Below, piece after piece: positions 1-8,810 of a stretch of 64,000 nt of DNA (the first letter of the stretch is position 1; each line of letters opens with the position of its first letter). This DNA comes from Candidatus Eiseniibacteriota bacterium. Its GTDB lineage: Bacteria > Eisenbacteria > RBG-16-71-46 > JABDJR01. The position numbers were made by a program, and so were the translations under genes. The notes under the pieces are model-generated. The model did not search any database, had not been told where the DNA came from, and was given only the letters and a program-made list of their open reading frames with translations. The DNA is taken from assembly GCA_963783375.1 (NCBI GenBank), contig CAWANH010000028.1, forward strand, positions 1,568,001 through 1,632,000. Reading direction: 5' to 3'.

Positions 1-11
1 GTGACCTTCAT
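1..11 (-). CDS. 5' end of a gene running off the left edge (M-K-V...)
   Basis: ATG at 11-9 on the minus strand with an AAGGAG-type RBS just upstream (ctcctt at 20-25 on plus); divergent from the gene at 263. Confidence 0.4.
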
Positions 12-262
12 GAAGGTGACTCCTTGTGGGTTGGACCGGTCCAACTCCTCGGGATAAAGCAATGATGCCGGCATGGTCGAGTTCGTTCCAGGATCGGGTG
101 GGCCTACCGCCACGGGGTTCGGGGGAACGGCGAAGACCGCGTCTATTTTACCAAATCGCCTGCCCGCCAACCAAATAGACGTTCGGTAAGCCCGCGGGAA
201 TTCCGTTGCCCGGGACCCGCGCCTGTGCCATTCTCGCACCGGATTCACTCTTGGAGGTCCCC

Positions 263-1006
263 ATGGTATCCGGTCGCCCCCCCCGTAAAGTCCACCACAT
301 TCTGCCGTTACCCCGGCTCGACGTGGAGAAGGCCCCGCCCTTCGGGAGAGAGGTGAGCCAGGAAGTCGACTTCCTGATCGAGCTCATGGATCTCCGGCCG
401 GACGAGGAGATCCTCGACGTGGCCTCGGGCGCGGGGCGCCACGCCCTGGAACTGGCGCGGCGCGAATACCGCCACGTCACCGCCATCGACCTCTCCGACC
501 AGCTCCTGGGAATCGGCCGGCGTTGCGCGGAGGCGCTCGGCCTCGCGGTCGACTTCATCAAGGGCGATGCGCGGAAGCCGATGGAGGCGGAACGCTTCGA
601 CGCCGCGCTCCTCCTGGGGGGCGGCGCGTTCGGGCTCATGGAATCGGACGCGGAGAACTACGCGATCCTGGACGCCACCTACGCCGCGCTCAAGCCCGGC
701 GGCCGGCTGGCCCTGAGCGCCATGAACCTCCTCCACCTGATCCGCCAGCGCCAGGATCTCTCGGGGTTCGACCCCCAGACCAACTTTCTCACCACCACCG
801 AGCGGGTGCAGATCGAGGGGGACGTGGTGGAGGAACTGCCGCTGCACGAGCGTTACTACGTGCTGCCGGGACTCCGAAACGACCTGGGGCGGGTGGGATT
901 CCGGAACATCATGGGCTTCGGGGCGGACGCCGGCCGGTTCTCGAGCCGGGCCATCGCCACCGACGACCCCGAGATCCTGGTCTACGCGGTGAAGCCCAAG
1001 AACTGA
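263..1006 (+). CDS. Class I SAM-dependent methyltransferase
   Basis: ILDVASGAGRH motif I, GDAR and FDAALL, LKPGG; GGAGG RBS at 253-257 before ATG 263. Confidence 0.85.
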   Translation: MVSGRPPRKVHHILPLPRLDVEKAPPFGREVSQEVDFLIELMDLRPDEEILDVASGAGRHALELARREYRHVTAIDLSDQLLGIGRRCAEALGLAVDFIKGDARKPMEAERFDAALLLGGGAFGLMESDAENYAILDATYAALKPGGRLALSAMNLLHLIRQRQDLSGFDPQTNFLTTTERVQIEGDVVEELPLHERYYVLPGLRNDLGRVGFRNIMGFGADAGRFSSRAIATDDPEILVYAVKPKN

Positions 1007-1038
1007 ATGTCCCGTCCATTCCGAGAGGTCCGGCGCGC

Positions 1039-1890
1039 ATGAGTCGTTTCGGCGTTCAGGCGCTCCTCGCCGCCAACCGCTTCTTCCCCTCGCCCGCGCT
1101 CCCCGGGCTCCCCGGCGGGACCACCCACGCCGACTGGCAGTACGCGACCAGCGACTTTCTACTCGACCTGTGGAAGAACATCGGGGGGGACCCGCCCGCG
1201 TCGCTCCTCGACGTGGGCTGCGGAAGCGGTGGGCGCACGCATCGCCTGGCCGAGGCCACCCCGAGCCTCGGGCGGATCGTGGGGGCGGACCTCTCGACGG
1301 TCCATCTCCGGCGGGCGATGGACTACCACCGTTCCCAGGGATGGGAACGGATCGTCAAGGTGGCCGCCGACGCCGTCCGGCTGCCCTTTGCCGACGCCTC
1401 CTTCGACCGGGTGGTCTGCACGGATCTCCTCGAGCACGTGGGGAAGCCGAGGGAGATGCTCCGGGACTTCCGCCGGTGCCTCCGTCCGGGGGGGCGGTTC
1501 GTCCTGGTATTCAACCCCTGGGGATCGCCGCGGGGGAGCCACCTGTCCCAGGTGATCCGGCTCCCCTGGTGCCAGCTCCTGTTCGGACGGGGCACCCTGG
1601 AGGCGGCGGTGGTCGCCCAGTGCCGGCTCGACGCCGATCGTGCGTCGACCGCCGAGGACCGCGCCGCCGCGGAGGCGCTCTCCCGCGACATGGTGGAGTT
1701 CTTCCGGAACCACGTGCACACCACCCGGATCGCCGATTTCCGGAGGTGGGTGCGGGAGGACGGCGTCTGGGCGCTGGAGGCCGAGCGCTGCTACGGCCCG
1801 GGGCCGATCCGGGAGCGGGGTTGGCTTCGAAACCCCGTCGTCGAGGAGTGGCTCACCTCGAGCTACGGGGCGGTGCTTCGGCCGCTGTAG
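1039..1890 (+). CDS. Class I SAM-dependent methyltransferase (Methyltransf_11-like)
   Basis: LLDVGCGSG, ADAVRLPFADASFDRV, LEHV, LRPGG; ATG 1039 chosen within ORF 523-1890. Confidence 0.85.
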   Translation: MSRFGVQALLAANRFFPSPALPGLPGGTTHADWQYATSDFLLDLWKNIGGDPPASLLDVGCGSGGRTHRLAEATPSLGRIVGADLSTVHLRRAMDYHRSQGWERIVKVAADAVRLPFADASFDRVVCTDLLEHVGKPREMLRDFRRCLRPGGRFVLVFNPWGSPRGSHLSQVIRLPWCQLLFGRGTLEAAVVAQCRLDADRASTAEDRAAAEALSRDMVEFFRNHVHTTRIADFRRWVREDGVWALEAERCYGPGPIRERGWLRNPVVEEWLTSSYGAVLRPL

Positions 1891-1934
1891 GTCCCGGACC
1901 GGTGAGCCCGCGCCCCGCCGGCCCCGAACATGCC

Positions 1935-1965
1935 GGGGAGGGGCCCGGCGTGCGGACCCCTCCCC
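1935..1965. terminator. GC hairpin between convergent genes, possible bidirectional terminator
   Basis: ggggagggg (1935-1943) pairs with cccctcccc (1957-1965); no strong U-tract. Confidence 0.3.
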
Positions 1966-2034
1966 TTCCGTAGCACCCCCCAGGTCAACCCAGGAAGCGG
2001 ATAGAGTCGGTCAGTCGTCGATGCGGTGGACCGG

Positions 2035-2547
2035 TCAGCGAAGGACGATCGCGTCGGTGGAGACCAGATCCACGCCGTCGACCCGCCAGATGTGATACGG
2101 GCCGTTCGCGCCGCCGGTGGCCACGATCTGGTCGCCGTCGCCGAGGATGCGCAGGTTGCCCGCGATCGACGCCACCTGGTAGGACAGGGATTTCCCCGGC
2201 AGGTCGGTCACGTCGAACGAGGATCCGTTCACCGCCCGCACCTCCTGGGTGTACGTTTGGACGAGCTTGTCGCCGTTCACCTGGTCGGTGCGGTGATCGA
2301 TGAGCACGAGGGTCCGCACACCGTCCAGGCTGCCCAGGGCCGAGCGACTGACGTTGTAGTCGGTGCCGTCGAACGAGAACGCCGAGCTTCGCATCTCGGT
2401 CGTCGGGCCGGTGAATCCGGCGAGGCCGTCGATGGCGGTCACGCGAACGACCGCCACCTTTCCATCCGGGATGGCCGCCGCGGAGGCCGCCGGAGCAAGC
2501 CCCGCGACCACCACCAGAGCCGCCAGCGCGCACATTGCGAATTTCAT
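2035..2547 (-). CDS. Secreted hypothetical protein, beta-rich
   Basis: Signal peptide MKFAMCALAALVVVAGLAPAASA; GGAGG RBS; no recognisable family. Confidence 0.75.
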   Translation of the reverse strand: MKFAMCALAALVVVAGLAPAASAAAIPDGKVAVVRVTAIDGLAGFTGPTTEMRSSAFSFDGTDYNVSRSALGSLDGVRTLVLIDHRTDQVNGDKLVQTYTQEVRAVNGSSFDVTDLPGKSLSYQVASIAGNLRILGDGDQIVATGGANGPYHIWRVDGVDLVSTDAIVLR

Positions 2548-2606
2548 GATGAGTTCCACCTCCGAAAAGGGTAGTCGGGAAGGGTTCTGCACGAATCATA
2601 GCACTC

Positions 2607-2720
2607 TAAGTTGTTGTCCTGCAATGGGTTAATTTACCCACCGGGATAATTTCCGGAAAGCCAACAAGTTGCGTGCAGTTTGCAAGGCGGCGATTCGGGG
2701 CGGTGGGCAAAATGCCCCAC
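2607..2720. promoter_or_regulatory. AT-rich regulatory region with paired IHF-like sites and a palindromic operator/enhancer-like site
   Basis: taa-gttg-ttg and caa-tggg-tta (YAA-N4-TTG pattern) at ~2607-2631; near-palindrome gtgggcaaaatgccccac at ~2703-2720. Confidence 0.35.
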
Positions 2721-2764
2721 ACGTCCTTCCCGGATCGGGGCCCTTCGCATCGCCCCTCGAGGCG

Positions 2765-4137
2765 TCAGCCGGCGATCCGGGCCGCTCGCACCGTGTCGGG
2801 TTGGGTCGCCCCGATCCAGAGCAGGGTGTCCACGCTCCCGCTCGGCCCGGAGACCGCGGTGAGGTGATACCAGAAGAGGGGAGAGAACCACGTGTCGGCG
2901 GTCTCGGGGATGAGCCGCGAGACCTTCCCCTCGTCCCCGCGGAGAACGAAACGGTCGTCCGCGAGCACGAGGGAGAACCCGAAGCCGTTGGGGAGCCGGT
3001 ACCGCCCTGCCGCCCGCCCGGCCAGGGCGCGGTCGAAGGCGTCGGGGCTGAACCCGGGGAAGGGGGGCGTGGGCAGGCCGAAGACGATCGCGGACACGCC
3101 GTCGGCGATGATCTGCTGAATCTGGGCGTCGTCGTTCATCAGGACCACCACGAAGACGTCGTCGTCCAGATAGTGGTTCAGGTCGGCGCTGTAGCCGGGG
3201 AGGCTGCCCCCGTAGAGCACCATGCGCCGCTCGAGGCGCTGGCGGACCGCGCCGATCTGGGCTTCGCTCGAGGTCAGGGCGCCGTGGACCAGCGCCCGGT
3301 TGAACCGGTGGAGATCCGTCGCCGTCGAGTAGAGGGATGCGCTCCCCGCGCGGGAGGCGAAGTCCACCGGAGGCGCCGGGATGGTCCCGGGGCCGTCGGG
3401 ATCGGGCATGAGCCCGACCGCCTGGCCGGAGACCCGCCCGGTCCGATTCTCGTCCCCGGTCCCGGTCATTCCCGCCGGCTCGAAGACGTGCCGCTGCAGG
3501 TAGGCGGCGTAGGGCATGCCCGAGACAATCTCCATCACCCGGGCCAGGAGGAGGAAGCCGGAGTCGCTGAACCGGGCCCGGCTCCCCGGCGAAAAGAGAA
3601 GCGGCTTTTCCCGGAGCCGGGCGATCAGGGAGTCGAGGTTCGGGGATCCGGGAGGGCTCCCGCCGGAGGAGGAATCGTCCAGGGGGGGGATGCCGCCCCG
3701 GTGGTTCAGCAGGTCGAACAGTCTGATCCGGTCGCCGTGGGGGTAGTCGGGGAGGTACTTGGAGAGGGGATCCCGGATGTTCAATCGCTGCTGCTCGGCG
3801 AGCTGGATCACCGCGAGGGTGATGAAGGCGTGGGTGGCCGAGCCGATGGGAAACCGGGTGTCGGGGGTGTTGGGGAGGTCCCCGGCCGCGTCGGCGGACC
3901 CGTACCCCTTGGCGAAGAGCACGGTGTCCCCCCGGGCGACCAGCACCACGCCGCTCATGGCGTTCAGGTTCACGTAGGGCTCGACGAAGGCGTCGATCCG
4001 GCCGGCGAGGTCGGACGAATTCGAGGCACGGCGGCGGGAGGCCCGGCGGCGCGGGCGGGGGCGGTTCCGGAGCACGCGGCCCCGAAGACGGCCAGGAACA
4101 ACGCGGCGAGGATGGGACTCAGCGGGTGGTTCGACAC
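2765..4137 (-). CDS. Beta-lactamase-family serine hydrolase-like lipoprotein, catalytically divergent; frameshift near the 5' end
   Basis: Fold motifs GVVLVARGDTVLFAKGYG, TRFPIGS, LLNHRGG, PAGM; lipoprotein signal (GTG 4137 ...FLAVFGAAC) lies in another frame and joins near 4020-4060. Confidence 0.8.
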
Positions 4138-4264
4138 GATTCGGCTTCTCTTCCTTCGGCTGGACGGGTTCGGTCGCCGCGGCGCCCGCGAGCCGGAGAA
4201 GATGATACGCGATCCCGGCGGATGTTCCCGCGCCGCCGCCCCGTCCCGCCCCCGCCCCCGGCGG

Positions 4265-5300
4265 TCAGAGAGACGGCAGCTCGTATCGCAGTGACGAGTG
4301 GGTGACCAGGCTGTTCCCCTCGCCGCGGCTCCCGTACTCGACCCCTCCGGTGAAGGTCAGCCAGACCCCGGCCCCGACCGCCATCTCGCCCCGCTTTCCA
4401 GCGTCCAGGTCGGCCGGATACCGTCCTCCAGTTCCCCCGGCCCCGGCCAGGAACTTGACCGTGCTGGTGCCGAAGTAGAGGCGGGACGAGAGGCTACCCT
4501 TACCACGGAAGACGTCCGATTCCGGGTTCGCTCCGCGCGCCCGTTCACACCGAGCAGAAACTGCCCGGATCCGCCGATGGGGAGTCCGAAGGTCCCCCAG
4601 GCGGCGTAGGACCGGGTGTGCAGGTTCGAGCCGGTGGAGTCGGCCGAGGCGGCGAGGACCGCGGCGGCGACCTCGAGCTTCTCCTGGTTCCAGCTCTGGT
4701 CCGAGTATTCCCGGATCGTAGCCTTCAAGGAATCCTGGAGCGCCTCGACTTCCGCCATGCCACCCGTGGGTATCTCGCCGATGGTGTCCGATCGTTGGGT
4801 CTGCCGACCTGGGGCGACAGCGCCAGCACCATCCGTTCAGCAAGCCGGGTGATGGCCTCTCTGTACTCCTCGCTGGCGCGGAGGTCCCCTCCGTCCCGGA
4901 GCGTGACCCGGATCCCGAGGGCGATCTGGGTGGCCGTGCTCGCACACCGGCCGGCGGGTGGCGAGGGAAACACGGGTCCGGTAGAGGGCCGGTCGCCTCA
5001 GGTACCTCTGGACGGTGAGGTGCCGGCCCCGATCAGGAGCCAGGGGAGACCTACACCACACGGTCGGGGGATAGAGAAGCGGTGGTGAGCTGGATCCTGG
5101 AGGCGATGGGGTCAGCGTTGAGAGAGGCGCAGGAGCTGATCGGGCTCCCGCCGATGAGAATGAAGGCGGGGGACTGGGCACCGCGAAGTCGCCGCGGATC
5201 CGGTAGGCCAGAACCGGCTTCCGCTCGTGCCGGCGGCGAGGGCCGGCGTTGACGGAACGGTCAGGGCAAGAATCGCGAGCATCAGCTGGAGCTTGCGCAT
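4265..5300 (-). pseudogene. Exported, probably outer-membrane beta-barrel protein with many frameshifts
   Basis: Signal MRKLQLMLAILALTV; coherent fragments in different frames (GDFAVPxSPAFIL, LYRTRVSLAT, IALGIRVTL, KLEVAAAV, VWLTFTGGVEYG, SLRYELPSL). Confidence 0.6.
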
Positions 5301-5334
5301 GGGACCCCTCGACTCACCAGACGGCAGGAGACGT

Positions 5335-5672
5335 TCAGGGCGACGCTAGACTCGTCCGACCTCCCTCGAGGGACACCCGATCCAACTCGCGGCCGTCCTG
5401 TTTGACGATCAACGCCACGCTGTACTGATCGATCGGCGGGGTCAAGACCACCACGATGAGGGCCTGGACGATCCGCCGGTCGTTGACCCTGGCGGGCTGG
5501 GGCAGGGGGTACTCGTCGTCGGCGGGATTCAGGAAGTTTCGTGCTCCGGGAGGATCATCGTATTGTCTTCGGCCGCCCATAGCCGGAGCTCGTAGGCGCC
5601 TTCCTGAGCTTGGCCGCGGGTGACCTCGGCGGACATCCGGACGCCGGTCGGGGGGAAACGTATCTCCTTCAT
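5335..5672 (-). CDS. Small hypothetical protein, frameshift near 5545
   Basis: GGAGG RBS before ATG 5672 (MKEIRFP...YELRLW); continues in another frame as NFLNPADDEYPL...SVALIVKQDGRELDRV. Confidence 0.55.
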
Positions 5673-5889
5673 GGGTCTACCTCCGAGGCTGGCGGGATGA
5701 TGTCCGGGGAAGTATCGGGAATTGCGCGGGATCAAAGATGTGCCGATACGATTTAGTACTGAAATGGATATATATTCCAGTTCCGGATCGGTGTCAATGG
5801 ATGCATAAGAGCGGAATCTCGCGTTGAATCGGCCGTCGGGGCGGGAAGCGTCGTGGAGCGGATCTGGGGCGGATCCGAGGCCGATGGGG

Positions 5890-8070
5890 TCAGGCGGCCC
5901 GGGCGTCCTCGGCGGATCCGGACCCGGTGAGGGAGCCGGAGCCCTCGCCGGCCTCCACGGTGAACGTCGTCTTGGCCATGTAGACCGGGCACCGCTCGCA
6001 CTCGGGCTGGGTGACCGCGGGGTCCTGGTGGGCCAGCTGGCGGAGGGACTCCCAGCAGCGGTGGCCACGCCCCTCGCGGTAGATCGCGCAATCCTCCCGG
6101 CCGGCGATCTCCGGGCGGCAGTCGCGGACGCAGTCGATCATCTCCCAGCACGGCTGGGCCTTGCGGGTGGGAAGGAAGATCCGGAAGGTCGCGCCCTCGC
6201 CCGGCTGCGACGAGACGTCGATCTTTCCCCCGTGGTCCTGGACGATCCCCTGGGTGATGGAGAGTCCGAGGCCGGTTCCCGCCCCTTCGGGTTTCGTGGT
6301 GAAGAACGAGTTGAAGATCTTGGGCAGGACGTCGGCGGGGATCCCCGGGCCGTCATCGGCCACCGACACCATGAGGTAGGTCCCCTTGCCGACCGCCCGG
6401 GTCTCCACCCGCAGGCGCCCACCGCCGCGTTCGCTCAGGGCATCCCGGGCGTTGGCCACCAGGTTGGTGAAGACCTGCTGAAGCTGGTTGGCGTCTCCGC
6501 GGACCCAGGGCGCGCCGCGGTCGAGGTTCACCTTCAGCTCGATGCCGCGCGAGCGGAGCTGCGCCCCCATGAGGAGGCCGGTGCGTTCCACGACGTCGTT
6601 CACGTCCACTTCCTTCAGCTCGAAGCTCGAGGCGCGGGCGAAGTCCTTGAGCCCCTGGACGATCGCCGTCATGTGGTCCACCGCCTGGATCACCATCTCC
6701 AGATGCCGGCGCGAGGCGGTGGCCCGCTTGGAAAGGCGGGACAGGACGAGCTGGGAAAAGCCCCGGATCGAGGTCAGGGGCTGTCGAAGCTCGTGGGCGA
6801 GCCCCGCCCCCAGCTCGCCGAACGCCGCCATCTTTCCCGCCTGGATGAGCTGGGCGTGCGCTTCGTGGAGGGCCTCGTTCACCTTTTCGGTTTCCTCCTT
6901 GGAGCGGCTGAGCTCGGCCACCGCTTCCTCCAGCTCGTGGCCCCGCGCCTCCAGCACCTCCTTGGAGCGCTCGAGACGCCGGCGCGATTCAGTGAGGTTT
7001 CCGGCCATGCGGTTGAAGGCATTCCCGAGAACGGCCATCTCGTCCCCGGTCCCGATGCGCACCCGCGCCGAGAGATCGCCGGAGCCCACCCGCCGGGTGA
7101 AGGCCACCAGCTCGCCCACCGGGTGGGTGATCTGGCGGGCGAAGAACCAGGAGAAGAGGAGCGCGATGAGGATCGCGGTGAGGGCGATCACGGCCAGCCC
7201 TTCGCGGATCTGGGAGAGGAAGGCCAGCGCTCGACCCTCGGAGCGAAGCACCACGAAGGCGCCGGGCATGGAGGCGTCGGGTCCGTGGAGGGGAACCCAG
7301 AGCGTCCGGTAGCGGGCGCGGTCGATCTTCACCATCGAGGTGCCGGCGTTTCGGATTCCCCGGCCGGTAAGCCCCTGCCACGCCTCGACCAGGGAGGCCT
7401 CGGCGTCGGCGGGCACCCCGCTGCTCCGGGCCAGGAGCCCCCGCTCTCCCACCAGGGCCACCGCGCTCCCCGACATCCTCTCCAGGTCGCCGGCCATTCG
7501 CGAGTCGAGGCTGGTCCCCAGACAGAGCGCACCCAGCTGCAGACCTCCCACCTCCACCGCGGTGGCGGTCACGTGGGTGAGCCCGCCGCTCAGGGCCACG
7601 ATGCCGTCGGCGTACTCCCGGTCCACCGCGCTCCGGGCCAGGGTGCTCACCGGGCGGAGGTCGTTGACCCCGCGATCCAGAGCGGGTCCCACCGCCACCA
7701 GCGGCGCCCCCCGGGTGTCGGTGAGCATGAGGAGATCGACGTCCACCCCCTCCAGGATCCGCCGGGCCATGTCGGTCACCGTGGCCAGGGCCTGTTTCTG
7801 GTCCTCGGGGGAGAGGGTGGGGTCGTAGACCGCGGCCGCGGCCTTGAAATAGGGGAGTTCCGAGACGAGGCGGCACCGCTCCAGGAGCTGGCTCCGCCGG
7901 TATTGCTGAAGCGCCTGGAATGCGGCGCGGGTGTGCTCCAGCCCCTCGTCCTCGTCCACCTGGACCTCGCGCACCACGGTGAGGTCCACCAGGAGCGACA
8001 TGACCAGGGCCAGGGCCGCCGCCCCCGCGCCCACGGTCAGGAAGAGCTTACGGCGTAGCGACCAGCGCAC
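5890..8070 (-). CDS. Membrane sensor histidine kinase (2 TM, extracytoplasmic sensor, HAMP, HisKA, HATPase) with C-terminal two-CW Cys-rich domain
   Basis: HAMP ITHPVGEL...DEMAVLGNAFNRM; H-box AHELRQPL; N-box NLVANARDA; DDGPGI, FFTTK, GTGLGL; tail CWEMIDC...CAIY...RCWE...CERCPVY. Confidence 0.93.
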   Translation of the reverse strand: MRWSLRRKLFLTVGAGAAALALVMSLLVDLTVVREVQVDEDEGLEHTRAAFQALQQYRRSQLLERCRLVSELPYFKAAAAVYDPTLSPEDQKQALATVTDMARRILEGVDVDLLMLTDTRGAPLVAVGPALDRGVNDLRPVSTLARSAVDREYADGIVALSGGLTHVTATAVEVGGLQLGALCLGTSLDSRMAGDLERMSGSAVALVGERGLLARSSGVPADAEASLVEAWQGLTGRGIRNAGTSMVKIDRARYRTLWVPLHGPDASMPGAFVVLRSEGRALAFLSQIREGLAVIALTAILIALLFSWFFARQITHPVGELVAFTRRVGSGDLSARVRIGTGDEMAVLGNAFNRMAGNLTESRRRLERSKEVLEARGHELEEAVAELSRSKEETEKVNEALHEAHAQLIQAGKMAAFGELGAGLAHELRQPLTSIRGFSQLVLSRLSKRATASRRHLEMVIQAVDHMTAIVQGLKDFARASSFELKEVDVNDVVERTGLLMGAQLRSRGIELKVNLDRGAPWVRGDANQLQQVFTNLVANARDALSERGGGRLRVETRAVGKGTYLMVSVADDGPGIPADVLPKIFNSFFTTKPEGAGTGLGLSITQGIVQDHGGKIDVSSQPGEGATFRIFLPTRKAQPCWEMIDCVRDCRPEIAGREDCAIYREGRGHRCWESLRQLAHQDPAVTQPECERCPVYMAKTTFTVEAGEGSGSLTGSGSAEDARAA

Positions 8071-8073
8071 GGC

Positions 8074-8342
8074 TCAGCGGCCTCCCAGGGAAGCGGTGAA
8101 CTCGACCGACCCGCTCGCGGGCACCTCGACCGCGCCCAGGCTCACCATGCGGTGAGCCCGTGGAACACGGGGTCGGAGTTCACGAACTTCACCGGGGTCC
8201 GGGAGGAGCGGCCCGATGGGTTGTTCGCATACCGTGCCTCCCGCCGGTCCGGGGCCGGGGCTGGAGGGGGTTCCGGCCGGCCCCGGATCGCTGCTACAGG
8301 ACCTCTTGGTTCCGATTTGTAATCGGACCGTCCGCGTTGCAT
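8074..8342 (-). pseudogene. Relic of a cupredoxin-like/carboxypeptidase-regulatory-like exported protein
   Basis: Motif fragments VKFVNSDPVFH, LTAW* and AVEVPASGSVEFTASL joined without the intervening sequence; ends 3 bp before the kinase start. Confidence 0.5.
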
Positions 8343-8409
8343 CTTGAGAAGTTTCGGGGGGTTGGCATGTTGCGGGCCCGGACGGGAGGGGCCCGGAGCG
8401 CCCTCCAGC

Positions 8410-8438
8410 TTGACTCCGGTTGGGGGGAGGCGTAGCCT
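8410..8438 (+). promoter_or_regulatory. Sigma70-type promoter for the rib operon
   Basis: TTGACT-17 bp-TAGCCT upstream of the FMN riboswitch. Confidence 0.6.
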
Positions 8439-8511
8439 TTATTCCTTGCCAACATAGGGTTGCCGGCCACCGGGCCGGGATCCCGGGAACCGGCGTCAAG
8501 TCGGTTCAAGA

Positions 8512-8640
8512 CCGGACCTTCGGGGCGGGGTGCAAGTCCCCACCGGCGGTGATAGCCCGCGAGCGAGGGGCCCATGGGCCCCGAGCAGGATCCCGTGGAA
8601 TTCGGGAGCCGACCGTATAGTCGGGATGAGAGAAGGGACC
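8512..8640 (+). ncRNA. FMN riboswitch (RFN element)
   Basis: cttcggggcggggtgcaagtccccaccggcggt...agcccgcgagcg...gatcccgtggaattcgggagccgaccgtatagtcgggatgagagaag matches the RFN consensus; upstream of ribD. Confidence 0.95.
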
Positions 8641-8683
8641 GGGTGTCGTCGGGCGCCGTGCGCTCGGGGATGCCGCTTGCCCT

Positions 8684-8720
8684 GCCCCGAAGTCCTTCAC
8701 TGGATTCGGGGTTTTTGTTT
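8684..8720 (+). terminator. Riboswitch-controlled intrinsic terminator
   Basis: ccccgaa...ttcgggg stem followed by tttttgttt; its 5' arm gccccgaag is complementary to aptamer bases cttcggggc (8518-8526), giving an antiterminator. Confidence 0.85.
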
Positions 8721-8810
8721 GCCCACGGACGGGGGAGCGGGGCGAGTCGGGGGGACGGGGAGAAACCGGATGAACCGGATGCGATCGGACGAACCAGGGA
8801 CGGGAAGCCG

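Noticed and set aside
2765-4075. Antibiotic-resistance beta-lactamase
   Set aside because: Catalytic Lys and Tyr equivalents are missing; similarity is at fold level only
5730-5746. Sigma54 promoter (cggcac...ttga, minus strand)
   Set aside because: GG-N10-GC spacing and the -12 GC are not satisfied
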